Origin: Anthoceros angustus
Lineage: Eukaryota; Plantae; Anthocerotophyta
Length of the DNA: 64,000 bases
Assembly (NCBI GenBank): GCA_010909165.1
Contig: MU008155.1
Location: forward strand, 1,798,001 to 1,862,000
Direction of reading: 5' to 3'
The translations under genes were made by a program, and so were the position numbers. Numbering within the stretch: position 1 is the stretch's first letter; each line of letters starts with the position of its first letter. Below are positions 12,319 through 24,979 of the stretch, one piece after another. The notes beneath the pieces were generated by a model. The model had not been told where the DNA came from, ran no database searches, and saw only the letters and a list, made by a program, of their open reading frames with translations.

Positions 12319-14081
12319 CTACAGTCCCTCCTTTCCGTCAGCGGCTCTCAGGGAGCCCAGCTGCACAGGGGCCTGGGTGCTCACGATCTTGGAAGAGGCG
12401 TATTTGGCGCTCAAATCGGAACCTTCGCTGCTCTCCTTATCAATCTGCTGCTTGATCCAGGCATAAGTTATTCGCAGACCATCCTGCACACCAAACAACG
12501 TGTCAGCATACATGGCCAAGGTGGTCCTCTTCCCAATGACTGAGATTATCCCAAGGACCAGTCAAAAAAGTGCAAAACGATGCCCACCTTTAGCCTCATG
12601 GTTGGGGCCCAGCCCAGCTTCTCCTTGATCAGGGTATTGTCAGAGTTGCGGCCCCTCACTCCCTCAGGACCAGGGATGTGGTGGATTGGAATCTTCTTGG
12701 ATTCGAAGCTCAACACGATTTCGGCCATCTCGTTCATGGACACCATCTCGTCGCTGCCAATGTTGAGAGGCTCCCTAAAATCAGATTTTGTCAACCTGCA
12801 ACAGCAGCACACAAGCTGTTATGAAGGTTCCCACCAGACTGCTTCCGTCTGGCATTCAAGGAGTACACGGCTGAGAGACAAACCTCAGGACCCCCTCCAC
12901 GCACTCGTCAATGAAAGTGAAGGAACGAGTCTGCTTCCCGTCACCCCACATCTCAAATCTCTCGGTGGATGTGATAGCTTTCCTGCAGAAAGCAGCAGGG
13001 GCCTTCTCTCGTCCACCTGCAAATCGATCCACAAAGGTTCAGCAAACTCACGGAAACCAAAAATACCACGTCTCCTGACCACGAGGAGAGGTGGTGATGT
13101 AAAGCGCTCACCCTTCCAGGTGCCAAATGGGCCGTAGATGTTGTGGAACCGGCCAATCCTGCACTCGATTCCAAAATCCTTGGTATAGTGCTTGCAGATC
13201 TCCTCTGTGGACAGCTTCTCGAGTCCGTACGCATCTTGGGGCTTCATGACAAGAGAGGTGGATGAAAACCGGATACTACAAGTGAACGATACTTGCGTGA
13301 TGAATGCCAAGGACCAGTGTTCCAGAGCAAGCCCTGGGAGCGTACCTCGGCTGGCCAGGCATCAGACTCCTTCAGACTGACATTGGTCTCCAACTGCTTG
13401 AACTCAGGGTAGATGCACGCACTCGAAGCATAAAAGAACCTGTTGGCCACATCCACCTGTCAGTACAATCCTCCCACACCCCCAGATCCATCCATCTCAA
13501 AATTGCTACCATTGTGGGCCTGCCTTGCCCGGCACTACACATAAGAATCTGAAGCCCCCTACCCGTGAACCCGAAACCCCCTGCTGCCTGATCCAGCAGC
13601 AGAACGAACGAACAAAAGCTGCTCAGGCACAGAGCGGAAAGGGAACCACCAACCTCTTCACCCCGTTGATCCGAGCAGCCTCCAGAACGCTGAGGGAGAT
13701 CATAAAATTATTGTACATGATAACCGCGTGGTTGGACTGAATGAATCCCATCCCACCCATGTCAGCCGCCAGATTGAAAACATGGTCCACGCCCTTGGTG
13801 ATCTTGAGGCAGTTGTCCATGACCCGCAGATCCACCAGGTGGAACTCGTCGCAGAACATATCCTCCGTCATGTGCTCATTGGGCTTCCAATCCGCCGCCA
13901 CAATGTAGTGCCCCTCCTGCTTCAGCCTCCGGGCCAGATGCGAGGCGATGAAGCCACCAGCTCCCGTGACGGCAATCCGAAGCTTGGCCTCGGGCCAGTA
14001 GGGCTCCCGCTCCAGCTCCGCGTACGTGAAATCCCCTCCGAAGCCATTGCTGTGGCCGTTGCTGTGGCCGTTGGCAGCCAT
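12319..14081 (-). CDS. GME: GDP-mannose 3',5'-epimerase, copy 2 (inverted paralogue, same 6-exon structure)
   Basis: Same motifs and intron positions as copy 1; start MAANGHSNGHSNGFGG at 14081, stop at 12319-12321. Confidence 0.97.
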
Positions 14082-17000
14082 GGTTGCGGCACCCGAACTT
14101 GTTACCTGCACAAGCAAGGCAGAAGCCCCCTCCCTGCCGCACCAAAACCCGTCAGACGGCACCCCGATCCCCGAGTCGCTTCAACTCTTCCGCGCTCTGA
14201 ATGCCAAGCGTGCGCACAGACAAACACCAGGTCGGAAAAGTGCCACACCTCAAAACGAGTAGGTCTGGTTCCGTCCCCAACAACTAGTCCTCCGCCGCAA
14301 TCCCGGGCACCAAGCTCCTTGAATTCCGACAACGCGGCACGGATCAAGCCGGGGGCAAGGAGACAGGCGGGCTTGCTTGGAAACTCGGCGCAGGCCGGTG
14401 CTGGAGGAAGGCTGCGAGGGTGTGCTGATATACTGCTTTCCCAGATGGCGCCGGGCACGCCGACGGGGGAGGGAACAGAGAGCGGCCACGGATTCCACGG
14501 CGACTGCTGCTGCCACAGGCGCCGACGGGATGGCTGGACACTCCGGACTGGCACCCGCTGTGCCAGGAAACGCGGATGTGGCGAGAATCCCACGTTTTGA
14601 AGGCCAAGGCTGACCATGGCTGATGGCCACGCTCCAGAGCCCGTGCCCTCACCGCCTCATCGACACTCTCGTAAGTTATGACCCGCCCTCTTACTTTTGT
14701 CGCCTTCCTGGTCCCAGGCTCCAGCCGCCGACAGCCAACATTTGCCAGCACCGGTTTCGCCCGACATGGACATGAGCCACGATCGAAATGGCGCAACTTG
14801 GCAAGTCCTCAGGCGTGCCGCGCATGGGCCACGCCACCACGTCCGCAGTCTGCGGTCCATTGCCTTTCCGACGTGCGCCCGATCAACAACGTACAATAAG
14901 AATTATGCCTAGACTAGCTGCACCACGTATGAAACCGTTTTGGCCGTGGGTTCGGAAAACCAGGACTCACATGCATACGAGGTTAGTATCCCCTCTCAAA
15001 CTCATACATTTTTTTGACACAAAAGCATTTGCTCAAGTCTAGCAAGACTTGGCTGTGGTGAATGCATACAAGGGGTACATATTGATGGATATGTCTAGGA
15101 GCTACAGTGCTTTAATCAAATGGGCTTATTGCTACAAGTAGCAAGGCATCCTCTACAATTATTCCCTCACGTCTACAATATAGCTTTTCACAGCATTGTG
15201 ATCCGTTTCACAGATGCATATAGAAGGGAACGAGGGAACCATTCCCGCACACACACTCAAGAAACTGTATATGGCACTGGAGAGATTCTGTTGGTACCAA
15301 CACCAAGGAGGTGGCCGGGAGGCCGAGACAGTGCGATGAGGAAACAGGCACTTGGTCATGTATGCAATTGTCATTTCATGCTGAATAGAAAACCAATATA
15401 TGGGATGACCAAGGTATCCCTACACACGCTTATGTTATGGCTACCACCTCGCAAACTGTGGACATACACATCTTTCGATATCTAGCTTGTAACAGCCCTG
15501 GATTCCGGTTCATATATGCTCAGGCGTTCATGGCTTCTTCAGCCCCCTAAAGAAACGCTAAAGAAACTTCCCTCCTTATACTAACACCAATCGGAATCAT
15601 TCATGCATTAGGACGCGGTTGTTATAGTACCTATTGAAATAGAATTGGGCAGTATTCGTCATTGGACTTGGTACCTGGATAATTTAAAACCATTGCGTGA
15701 TTTACAATGGCTTTTATAAAAGTTACTAACAACATAAAATGTTCATTGTAAATGTTATATATTTATTAAAATATGTAATAAAATGGGTGTTTTGATGTAT
15801 TCGGATGAAGTATAAAACCTATTTTCCTTGTGATGCTGAGCTCCGCCGATCTTGGCATTCAGCTCAGGCTCCGACGGCGAGGAGCTTAGGCTCTGGCATT
15901 GAGGTTCACCAAGTACAAGCCATTGACCTAGCTCCAGCAGTCATACACGTTGCCTATTTGGATACGGGCTCTTCAACAGCTACTTGTTGCTAGCGCTAAG
16001 CACCGACCAGAGTGCACCAACGTCGATGCACCAGAGGCTCCTTTTTCGGCTCCCATTGCCGCCACGTTTCTTGCACTTGCAAAGTGTATGCATAATTGCC
16101 TAGATATATGCACCACTTACATATATAAGTCTATAAAAAAGTAGAGAGTGAAAGTTAATTTTGAGCTATCAACAAGTAAATTGAATTAGCTTTACGCTCC
16201 GTCAGACTATGTTGTTGAGCAAATCAGCGTGACACTCGTTTTGCATTCGATTCAGGTGTGACATTGCTTCCGTGTTTGTTAGAGTGCGGAGGGACTTTGT
16301 TTCTAGTGGTGAGCTCATTTTCTTTCTGTCTGCTGCCAATTTTGGAGACTTGCTTACATGCAATTGTGCATGTTGGTGTGTGCGTTGTTGTTGTTGCAAC
16401 TGTGCATGCTAATGCTAATGCAACAGCCTTCTCTGCAGACCATGCAAAGGGGAGAGACCAGGTCACAAAGCGTTTGGAAAGACACTTAGAGCAAGCAAAC
16501 CATCAATTTTAGCCAGCGGCAAGGAAGGAGCACATGCCTATAAACTCTCGATATGGAGGGATAAGGGCTCCATCGCTCCAATCGGTCGTGGGGAGTGGAC
16601 ATCAGAAACGAGTGCTAAAGGATGGGCTCATAAAAATGCTAGGAGGAGATGCTGAAGTGAGATTCCGGGCAAAACAGTGGGGGCAACATGATCAACATGA
16701 GTTCATTTTTAATACACCAATTATGTGTTTTAAAAATGAACCCACACTGTAAAACTTCATACCCCCTGCTGTGGAAACCAGAACTTGAGCCAAAACAATT
16801 GTTCTAAAATTTGATTTCACCCATAAGTTAGGGTTTCCCAAAATATGAGTAAGTAAAAGTATCTCTCCTAGTAGTACTATCACTGTTGTGTTTCTTTCCC
16901 TCGTTCTAAACCTAGACTCTCTTTCATTTAAGAGTGAGTAAATCGAACAAAGGAACAACATTCGATTTGCTTCAGCGGAAACTAAAAAAACCAATCGGCT

Positions 17001-18165
17001 TTGAACGAGGTACATGCCGAAAGTGTTGTTTAGTTAGCCGTGAAACAAGCTCATTAGGTTGATATGAGGTCATTAGGTGTAAGACAATGACTATATGATA
17101 CTAGGTAGCTGCTTCAATAGCCGCCTTTTCCGCAGCCACAACCGATTCAACCTAGAGAAGCTCATGCTCTACTGATTTGACATTCTACTTCACATTTTGC
17201 ATCTCTCAATAATTATAGTTTACTAGAAATCATAGAACTCACTTTCCCAGCAAACAAAACCTCGCATGCAAATTTGCTGAGCATTCTACCCAGTTCTAAG
17301 AAGAGAGAGAGGAAATATTGAGTGCTCGTGGAAACACATTTGAATCTCATAATAAGACAAAAAATGTGGTTGCTCTTGATGAGTTTTAATAACCGTTTTT
17401 GGACTTTATCCGAATGGAGCTTTCGAAGGACCAAAGCCCTAACCGGGCGAGGAGAAGATCACAGCCCGAAAACAAGTATTACACATATGAAACTAATTTG
17501 TCAAAACTGTAGTTCCCGTCGCTTTGGTCAGTGGACCAGGTGAACCTGTTGGAGTTCTCCGAGTGACGATGCTGGCGGCAGAGCTCCGCAATTTTGGTTG
17601 CAAGGTCCATCTTGTAAAAATTATATGTATAATACGTATATTTTCTGAGAATTATTTCAGGAGTGACATCTAGACGTGGGTCCATTGTAAGTCCACGGTC
17701 AAGCGCCCTTCAGTCGGATCTCGGCTGGTAATTCATCCTCTGGTAGAAAAAAAAGTCCCCGGGCGCCGCATGTTACAAAAGCCGATCCGGACCGTTTGCC
17801 GTAAAAAACCTTACACGGCTGTGGGCAAATCCATTATCTTGAGAGATTACGATACACAAGTTCACTGGTTGGCAAACAAGACAAAGTTCGAGCGCAGGAG
17901 CGATCGTCTTGCCACAAGCCAAAGAATTGATAGGTGGAAACATGGCAGCATTGGCTATCCACCAACCAAGTTTCTGGGGAAGAGAAGCACCATGTAGAAG
18001 ATATCCCGCTTGCTGGTGGTATCTCCAGTGACAGAAAAATTGAGAAGTGTACAGTGACCTGCGTGAGGCCAGGCATATTACAAACATGTGAATGAACGCG
18101 AGGTGGTATTACTCCTGAGATCCGCCTGCTGGGGCTCTTCTACCGGTGTCTATGCCAATGCCTCC

Positions 18166-19983
18166 TCAAAGACTGTCTGCCGAAGTTTCCCCAGAGGATG
18201 TGTCTGCGGAAGACTCTGCCTCGGCTTCTACCTTCTCCGAGACCGCGTCTGCAGAGGCCTCACCAGAGACTGTGTAAGCCGAAAGCTGTGCCTCTGCTTC
18301 TGCCTCCTCAACGACTGCGTCTGCCGATAGCTCTGCCTCTGCTTCTGCCTTCTCAGAGACTGCGTCTGCGGAAACTGCTTCTGCTTCTGCCTTCTCAGAG
18401 ACTGCCTCCTCCGAGCCTTCCCCAGAAACTGTGTCTGCCGATAACTCTGCCTCTGCTTCTGCCTTCTCAGAGACGGCATCTGCCGAGGGTTCCCCAGAGA
18501 CTGTGTCTGCCGATAACTCAGCCTCTGCTTCTGCCGTCTCAGAGACGGCATCTGCCGAGGCTTCCCCAGAGACTGTGTCTGCCGATAACTCAGCCTTTTC
18601 TTCTGCCTTCTCGGAGACTGCGTCTGCCGATGCCTCTGCCTCTGAATCTGCCTCTACCCCGGCCTCTGCTTCCTCAGGAACTGTGTCGGCAACTGGGACG
18701 GCCTTCTCTTGCGAGACCTCGCTGGCAGGCTCCTCAGCGAGCGTCTCCACATCAGCAGAGGACTGCACTTCAGTAGCCTCCGGTGCCGTTGTTTCTGCTG
18801 GTGCAGCTGCTTCCAGAGCAGTTATTTCTGCTGGAGTAGCTGCTTCCTCCAGAACAGCGTCATCGACGGCAGCGGGTGCATCCGGAGATGACTCGTCTAC
18901 GGCCAGTGTCTCAGGGGCGGCAGCCTCATCAGTGGCTTCAGCAGCAGGAGTTGCGTCAGGGGCAACAGCCTCTTCGGGGGCAGTAGTAGGACCATCAGCA
19001 GGGCTTTCAACAGCGTATCCATCATCTTGTACAGCCAGTTCAGGAGCTTCTTCCAGAACAGGGGCAGCAGCTTCAAGTGCAACTGGAGGGCTGAACTTCT
19101 CAATGTAGTAGCTCAGGGGTGGTCCAGAATATGCGGCTCCTGGGACCGGTGCACTCTTCCCCAGAGTGATCAAAATACCGGCTGCACCTGCAACTGCAAT
19201 CAAGCCTAGACCGAAGGAGACAGCCAGCGTATTTTCGCTGCCGTCTGCCGACTTTCCTGCAGTTCCTGAGCTCACTGCACTTTCGGCAACATAGACCGTC
19301 GGCTGCACGACAAAGGGGAGATTTGAGACCAAAGGTACACGCATTTGCTGGTACAGCAGGATAGCCAGTCGGCTGGTGAGCTTCCCACACGTAGGTTCCT
19401 TCAACGGATGTGAGCTTGAAGTCATGAACTCACCTCGACAGCGTACACGTTGGTTTGACCGGCAGTGTCTTTCTCCACATAGCCAGTATACGCCCTTGTT
19501 GTCCTGGCCAAAGGAGGATAGGTTCCTGTAACCTTGGTCCTCTCTTCCGCAACCCAATCCAGACTGATCTTTCCAATCTGCCAAGCATACCACCAGAGGG
19601 CACTCCACTCAAAACTGGGCTACAACAATACACATTGCATTCTATCCATGGCATCGTGGACCCATAACGGAAAGCGTGTCAGAGTATTCAAGGCGTTGAA
19701 CTCACATCTACGAGAAAGTTTCAGTAGTCCGCATCCACAGCCATAGCACAGGCTTCCATACACTACTCACTTCTTTACTTGGAGCACAGTCTTCGTCGTT
19801 GCAATCTTCAGGGGCATTCACAGCCCTGATCCTGTCACCCCGCCTTCTGGTGTGCGCCCTCTGGGACCTAGCGCAGCGAGGAGACACCGCTGCAGTAGTG
19901 CCTGGAATGGGTCTCACAGGGACCCAGCAGCAGCTGCGTATGCTGGAGCCCATTCCCTGGGCAACAGGGGCGATGGCCGCCAT
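18166..19983 (-). CDS. MPH1: MAINTENANCE OF PSII UNDER HIGH LIGHT 1-like thylakoid protein; 3 exons (19983-19771, 19577-19434, 19302-18166), about 497 aa
   Basis: Transit peptide, then CNDEDCAPSKE|IGKISLDWVAEERTKVTGTYPP...YTGYVEKDTAGQTNVYAVE|PTVYVAESAVSSGTAG...TM helix...YSGPPLSYYIEKF. This matches my recollection of Arabidopsis MPH1 (At5g07020). Confidence 0.88.
18170..18640 (-). repeat. Coding minisatellite, 72-bp/24-aa unit (xAEAEAELSADTVSGEpSADAVSE), about 5 full and 2 partial copies
   Basis: Visible in the translation of ORF 18166-19608 and in the DNA. Confidence 0.9.
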
Positions 19984-20250
19984 GGCCACGATGCCGTCCA
20001 GATGCTACAGTGCGTGTCTCCAATGCGGATCAGCTTCTGGGTGGCACGGTTGCAATGAGCGGGCACCAAGCCTGCTGCCCAAAAGTCGAGATTATGCTAC
20101 GACCTACCCACCATCCGAAAGCAGTAAACCAAGCAGCCACTAAAAGTAAAACGCAAAGAGCATCTAGAGCAGTCTATGTTGTGCTCGGGTTATAACGTAT
20201 TAGTCGAGCAGGAGCTGCGGGGAAGACGAGGTTAAGTTGAAATTTGTGAG

Positions 20251-22742
20251 ATGGCCGATGGGGATGTGCAGGGGCAGCCGGTGGAGAGTAACCAGATGTC
20301 TCTGGCCTACGAGAACTTGGTATTCGACAAGCGGGAAGGCGAGGGAGGCCGCTTAGGATGTACGCTGGTGACGGGATTTTTGGGAAGTGGTAAAACCACG
20401 CTGGTGCACCACATCCTCCATGAGCGGGGGGATTTACGAATTGCCGTGCTGGTGAACGAGTTTGCCGAGTTGGACATAGATTCTTTGCTGCTAGACGATT
20501 CTTCCATGAATCCTGCTCTTGGACTCCCGGCACTGTCACTTGCAAGTGGTGGGTGGCATCCCCGCTTTTGAATTGCTCCGTCACCTTGTCGTGCCAGTTA
20601 TGATAATCCAGTCCTCGTGGCTGGTTCAAGGTCATCGGCGGTGCTAATGGCCGGAGCCTTTGTGCAGGATGCGCTTGCTGCACAATATCTGGAAGCATGC
20701 GGGAGGTTCTTCGATCCGTTCTGAACAGCAAACACAACTTTGATTATCTTGTGATAGAGGTGCCTATTTCTCCCTTGTGGCGTTTCAATGTTTTTGATAT
20801 GTGTGCAGCATGCCTGAAGGTTGTCATGCTACTTGTCGTGGAAGACATCTGGTATTGCAGATCCTCAGAAGATCGCAGAAGACTTGGAATTGGCAGGAGT
20901 TCATTTGGACATCATAGTCACTGTCGTTGATGCAGAGGCTTTAGAGAGCATACTCGACCTGCCTGTTGCAAAGAGGCAACTATCCGTGGCTGATGTGGTA
21001 CTAGTGAACAAGTAGGTGATATACCGTTTCCATTCTGTCAACCTAGTCGGGGCTCGGTGGCTTTCTGCATATGTTCTTTCTGTAATGGTCTTGTGCTGCC
21101 CTGATGATGGTTTGTTTCCTCGCAGGTGTGATTTGGCATCCTTGAGTGCAATTTCCGTGGCAGAAGACAGGATTGAAGAGGAAACTGGAGGGACTAAAGC
21201 TGTCCGATGTCGGTTTTGTAAAGTTCCTCTCAGCCTGGTCATTAACGTTCCGCAGCAAGACACACCAGCACCTTTGGCTTCCACAATGTCCAACGGCAGT
21301 GCTGGCTTTCTCTCTCATGAAGCCATAGCCGTGGCTCCATCTTTCTCAGTGGCAATCCTTACAGCTGGCGAAAAGCGGGTACATGTGGCCGAGGAGGTAC
21401 AGCGTTCCTTACTCCAGAAGCCTCATCACATCTTGAAAAAAACTGGAAATTGTGAGTATGTTTGTTCAGAATACAGTGTGCATGTTCAACTGTGAATCGT
21501 TTGAATGCCACATCTATGGTCTGCTCCTTCTTAGCAGATGGTTGGTTGGTGGATCGCTTTGGTAAAGTTTCTTGCTGCTATGTGTAGATGGTGCGCCTGC
21601 TCATGCGGCATCCATGTTTTTCTCCTCCACTTTCTCTAGCGACATACCAATACCATTAGGACAGTTCCAAGACATCGTTGTAGGCCAAATGCATGGAATG
21701 AGGGGCCTCTTAAGAGCAAAGGGGGTTGTCTGGTTCTCGGATTTCAGGTATTATTCTCTTCTTTCACACTGCCTGCCGTGGTGCAACAGTCAGTGCGAAG
21801 CTGACTCATGACAATGGTCGTGCCATCGCAGGGGTACTCGCTTTTTGTTTCACTGGAGTGGCAAGAAGAGAGTTGAAGCCGTGTATGGGGGAAAGTGGGA
21901 GAGCCAACCGCATACTAGTCTGGTGCTGATTGGTCGGGACAATGATGAGCTTGAGCAAATAACAAAGTCCTTGAGCCACTTGAGCTTGCGTGAGGATCAA
22001 CACCCGAAGATTGACAGTGCTATTGCGACCAATGCCTGCCGCTCACTCTTCAAGCTCATGGGTTCAGATAAGCGGTTCAAAGTACGTTGGTTGCCATCAG
22101 AATGGCTTGGAACATGCTGGTTTTTGGCCCACTTCTGATGTTTGTGTGGTTTGTACATGACACCCAGATTCATGGGCTTGGCAGTGAGGAAGAAAGAGAG
22201 GAGAGAGGAGCATTCGCTTTTGGACTAGTGGGTGCACCACTACGTGGTGTTTATGAGGTAAATTCAGTATTTCGCCTCAGAAAACCGAATTTTGGCCCAC
22301 TTCTGATGTTTGTGTGGTTTGTACATGACACCCAGAATCATGGGCTTGGCAGTGAGGAAGAAAGAGAGGAGAGAGGGGCATTTGCTTTTGGACTAGTGGG
22401 TGCACCACTACGTGGTGTTTACGAGGTAAATTCAGTGTTTCGCCTCAGAAAACCGAATTTTGTCTGGTGTTGATAGAAGGTGTGTGGGTGGAAATAGGAC
22501 GCCGTTGTGATGTAATGGGCCGTGGTTCCTTGCAGGCTGACTTAAATGCTGCCTTAATGCGGCTGGTGAATGGGAGAGGCGTGATATTTCTAGCAGCGGT
22601 CACCTCCAGGAAAGAAGGTGCTAAACAGAAGACACTGGCAAGATTTTGTTGTGTTGGTGTGCTATATGCAGCGCCTTTTGCCGTGAGTGAAAGAAGTACT
22701 GGGCTGCATGTCTCGCAGATCATGTCCTATACCTGTGTTTGA
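20251..22742 (+). CDS. CobW/COG0523 (G3E P-loop GTPase, putative Zn/Co metallochaperone), multi-exon; 3' exon usage uncertain
   Basis: [11 protein letters not shown] (Walker A), [13 protein letters not shown], spliced GCACC (CxCC), DYLVIE|[21 protein letters not shown]; CobW_C-like [10 protein letters not shown] and LVLIGR. Confidence 0.9.
22122..22460 (+). repeat. 168-bp tandem duplication containing a whole 90-bp exon (22168-22257 and 22336-22425) with flanking splice sites
   Basis: Two near-identical units, each with CCCAG acceptor and GTAAAT donor. Confidence 0.92.
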
Positions 22743-24059
22743 GCAAGCTAGTATCTGGTGAAGTTGCTTGGAAGGAAATCTCAGTTGCTGCAACAACTGT
22801 AGTAGCCAAGGGCTTCAAAGACGTGTGCCCCTGCAGGTACGGAGTGTCTTGGGGTTGTGCCTTTTTGTTCAGGTAGCCACAATAGTTATGGTTTGAGTAA
22901 ATGTGTGGTTATGATGGTGGTGGTGTTTTGGCAGATGTGACATGACCTTGCAGCACAAGCATTAGCAGAAGTGGGAGCCGAGATTGACAGGTGCATGAGT
23001 GAGAAGAGAGAAGTGTGGGAAGTTAGATTCACCCTGTCGCAAGTGTGGAGGGCCAGGTAGTGGATGGAGGGAGTGTTGTCGGTGATGGGTAGCAGTGGAT
23101 CCAGTTGGTCTTCCATCTACAGTTGCAGCTGCAGCTGCGACAGGAAGCAACGGTTTGCTGGCTTCCGGACAAGTGCAGGTAGAGCCCATGCGATGTGGAT
23201 GCGATGCGTTAGAGTGGTTCCCTTGGTGAGCACCTGATATGGCTGTACAAACAAGCAAGGTCCAGGGACTCCGGGGGTGTCAAGCAAGCCAGGGGCAGCG
23301 ACAAGAGTATAGAGTATGGGTTGTAGTGACGACAAAGGCGAGTCAGGCCCCCATTTGTCGTATCCTCGCGCACTTACAGGCCAGATTGTCCTGCCGGATG
23401 CGAGCCTGCGGGTGTGTGTACATACATATCTGCGCACTGTCTGTATGTTTGCAATTTGTGTTGCACTGTGCACAGCCCAGCGGCCAGCCGCAGCGGGGCT
23501 CGCAAGCAAGCAGCAGAAAAGAAATCACGAGCACGTGACCCGATGGAAAGATTCAGTATGTATGTACGTAACTACCACGTACTGTTTCCTCCCAATCGTT
23601 CTTCCTTACTGTTTGCGCTTGCTCTTATTGGGCTCGGCTCGGACTTGGTCTTTCATGTTCGTTTCTCTCTGGGAGTGTGCATCGAATGGGAAGCCATGGG
23701 AGGTGTCCTTGTGTTGGTGTTCTCCGAGGCAGGCAGGATGATTTGCATCTCGCAGCTTGTGGGTCGGTCAGGACTCGGAGGGAACAGTAAACCATTGACC
23801 GAGTGCGTCATGTTCCCATCAGAGTGATTCTGGATTCTTGGCGATCGGTCCCCTCCCCCGGTACAGGTTGTGGATGTAGGTGGGCCGTGGAAGTAAGGCA
23901 GCGCAGCTTTCCCGAAAGCAGTGGGGCCTGGGCCGAAGCATTGTTGACTTATCTGAAGGCCTGGCCCAGAGACGGATGTGGGTGGTGTGGTGCCCAGAGC
24001 AGCGGAGGAATGAAGCGGCGGTAGTGCTGCCGTTCCCGAGGAAGGCTCAGGCCAGACCA

Positions 24060-24939
24060 GAGCATTGCAGTGCAGAGCAGAGCAGAGCAGAGAGCAGAGC
24101 AGAGCAGACAGACCAGACCAGACCAGGGCAGGGCAGAAATAGAGTGCTAGGAGTGGGAGCTATAGTGGGTACCGTTGTGGCTGCTGTTGGCCACTGTAGA
24201 GCTTTATATCTTGGCATTTTCTGGCTTCCAGAGAATGTAGCAAATGTAGCCGGCCAGCAAGTAAGTGGTGTGACAGAGCTGTTGTGGCACTTTCAAATTT
24301 CCCCTTTCCTTTCCTTTCCTTTCCTTTTGGAACCTTTCCCCATGCGACAAATGCTGCCCCACAACTGTTGGCTCCAGCCCTCCGCCCGTTCCGGGCCCCC
24401 GCTTGACGGGCAAAAGGAAGTCAAGAGAAAGCGAAGGGGGGGCTGGAAAGAGAGCAGAAAGCAAGGGATGAGGAATACTTTATTCATTTTGTGATGAAGA
24501 TGTCAAGGCAGCGAAGGATAAGCCGGGGCAGGGGTGACATGAGACGAGAAGCAGGAGCAGCAAGTGAGTGGGAATCTGTGGGGATGGTGAGTGGCATACA
24601 CACATGGATGAAACTGCAGACAGAAAAGAACGAGCAAAGATGCCATACAGTTGGATCTGGTAGCAATTCCATCCCTTTGACTGCCATTGTGTGGTATCCA
24701 GGGCGTGAATATCATGTGTGAGTAAGGAAGGGTCGTGAAAGCTTATGTGCAAGAAGTTATGAGAATTCCATTCCATTCCATTCCATTCCATTCCATTCCA
24801 TTCCATTCCCAGGAGGCCAGCCAGGCTGCTGAGCTCCACTGGCTCATGATGAGGGGCCGGAGACAGCCTGCCTCTCCATTGCGTAGGTAGGGTGGGTGGG
24901 AAGTCAACAGTGGGATCGTGATCCGGCTATGGATGCTTG

Positions 24940-24979
<40 letters not shown>

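Noticed and set aside
14900-17700. Short ORFs and a TGTAACAGCCC LTR-like start (about 15487) between GME2 and MPH1
   Set aside because: No recognisable domain, partner LTR or TSD; probably degraded repeat or intergenic DNA that cannot be supported as a feature.
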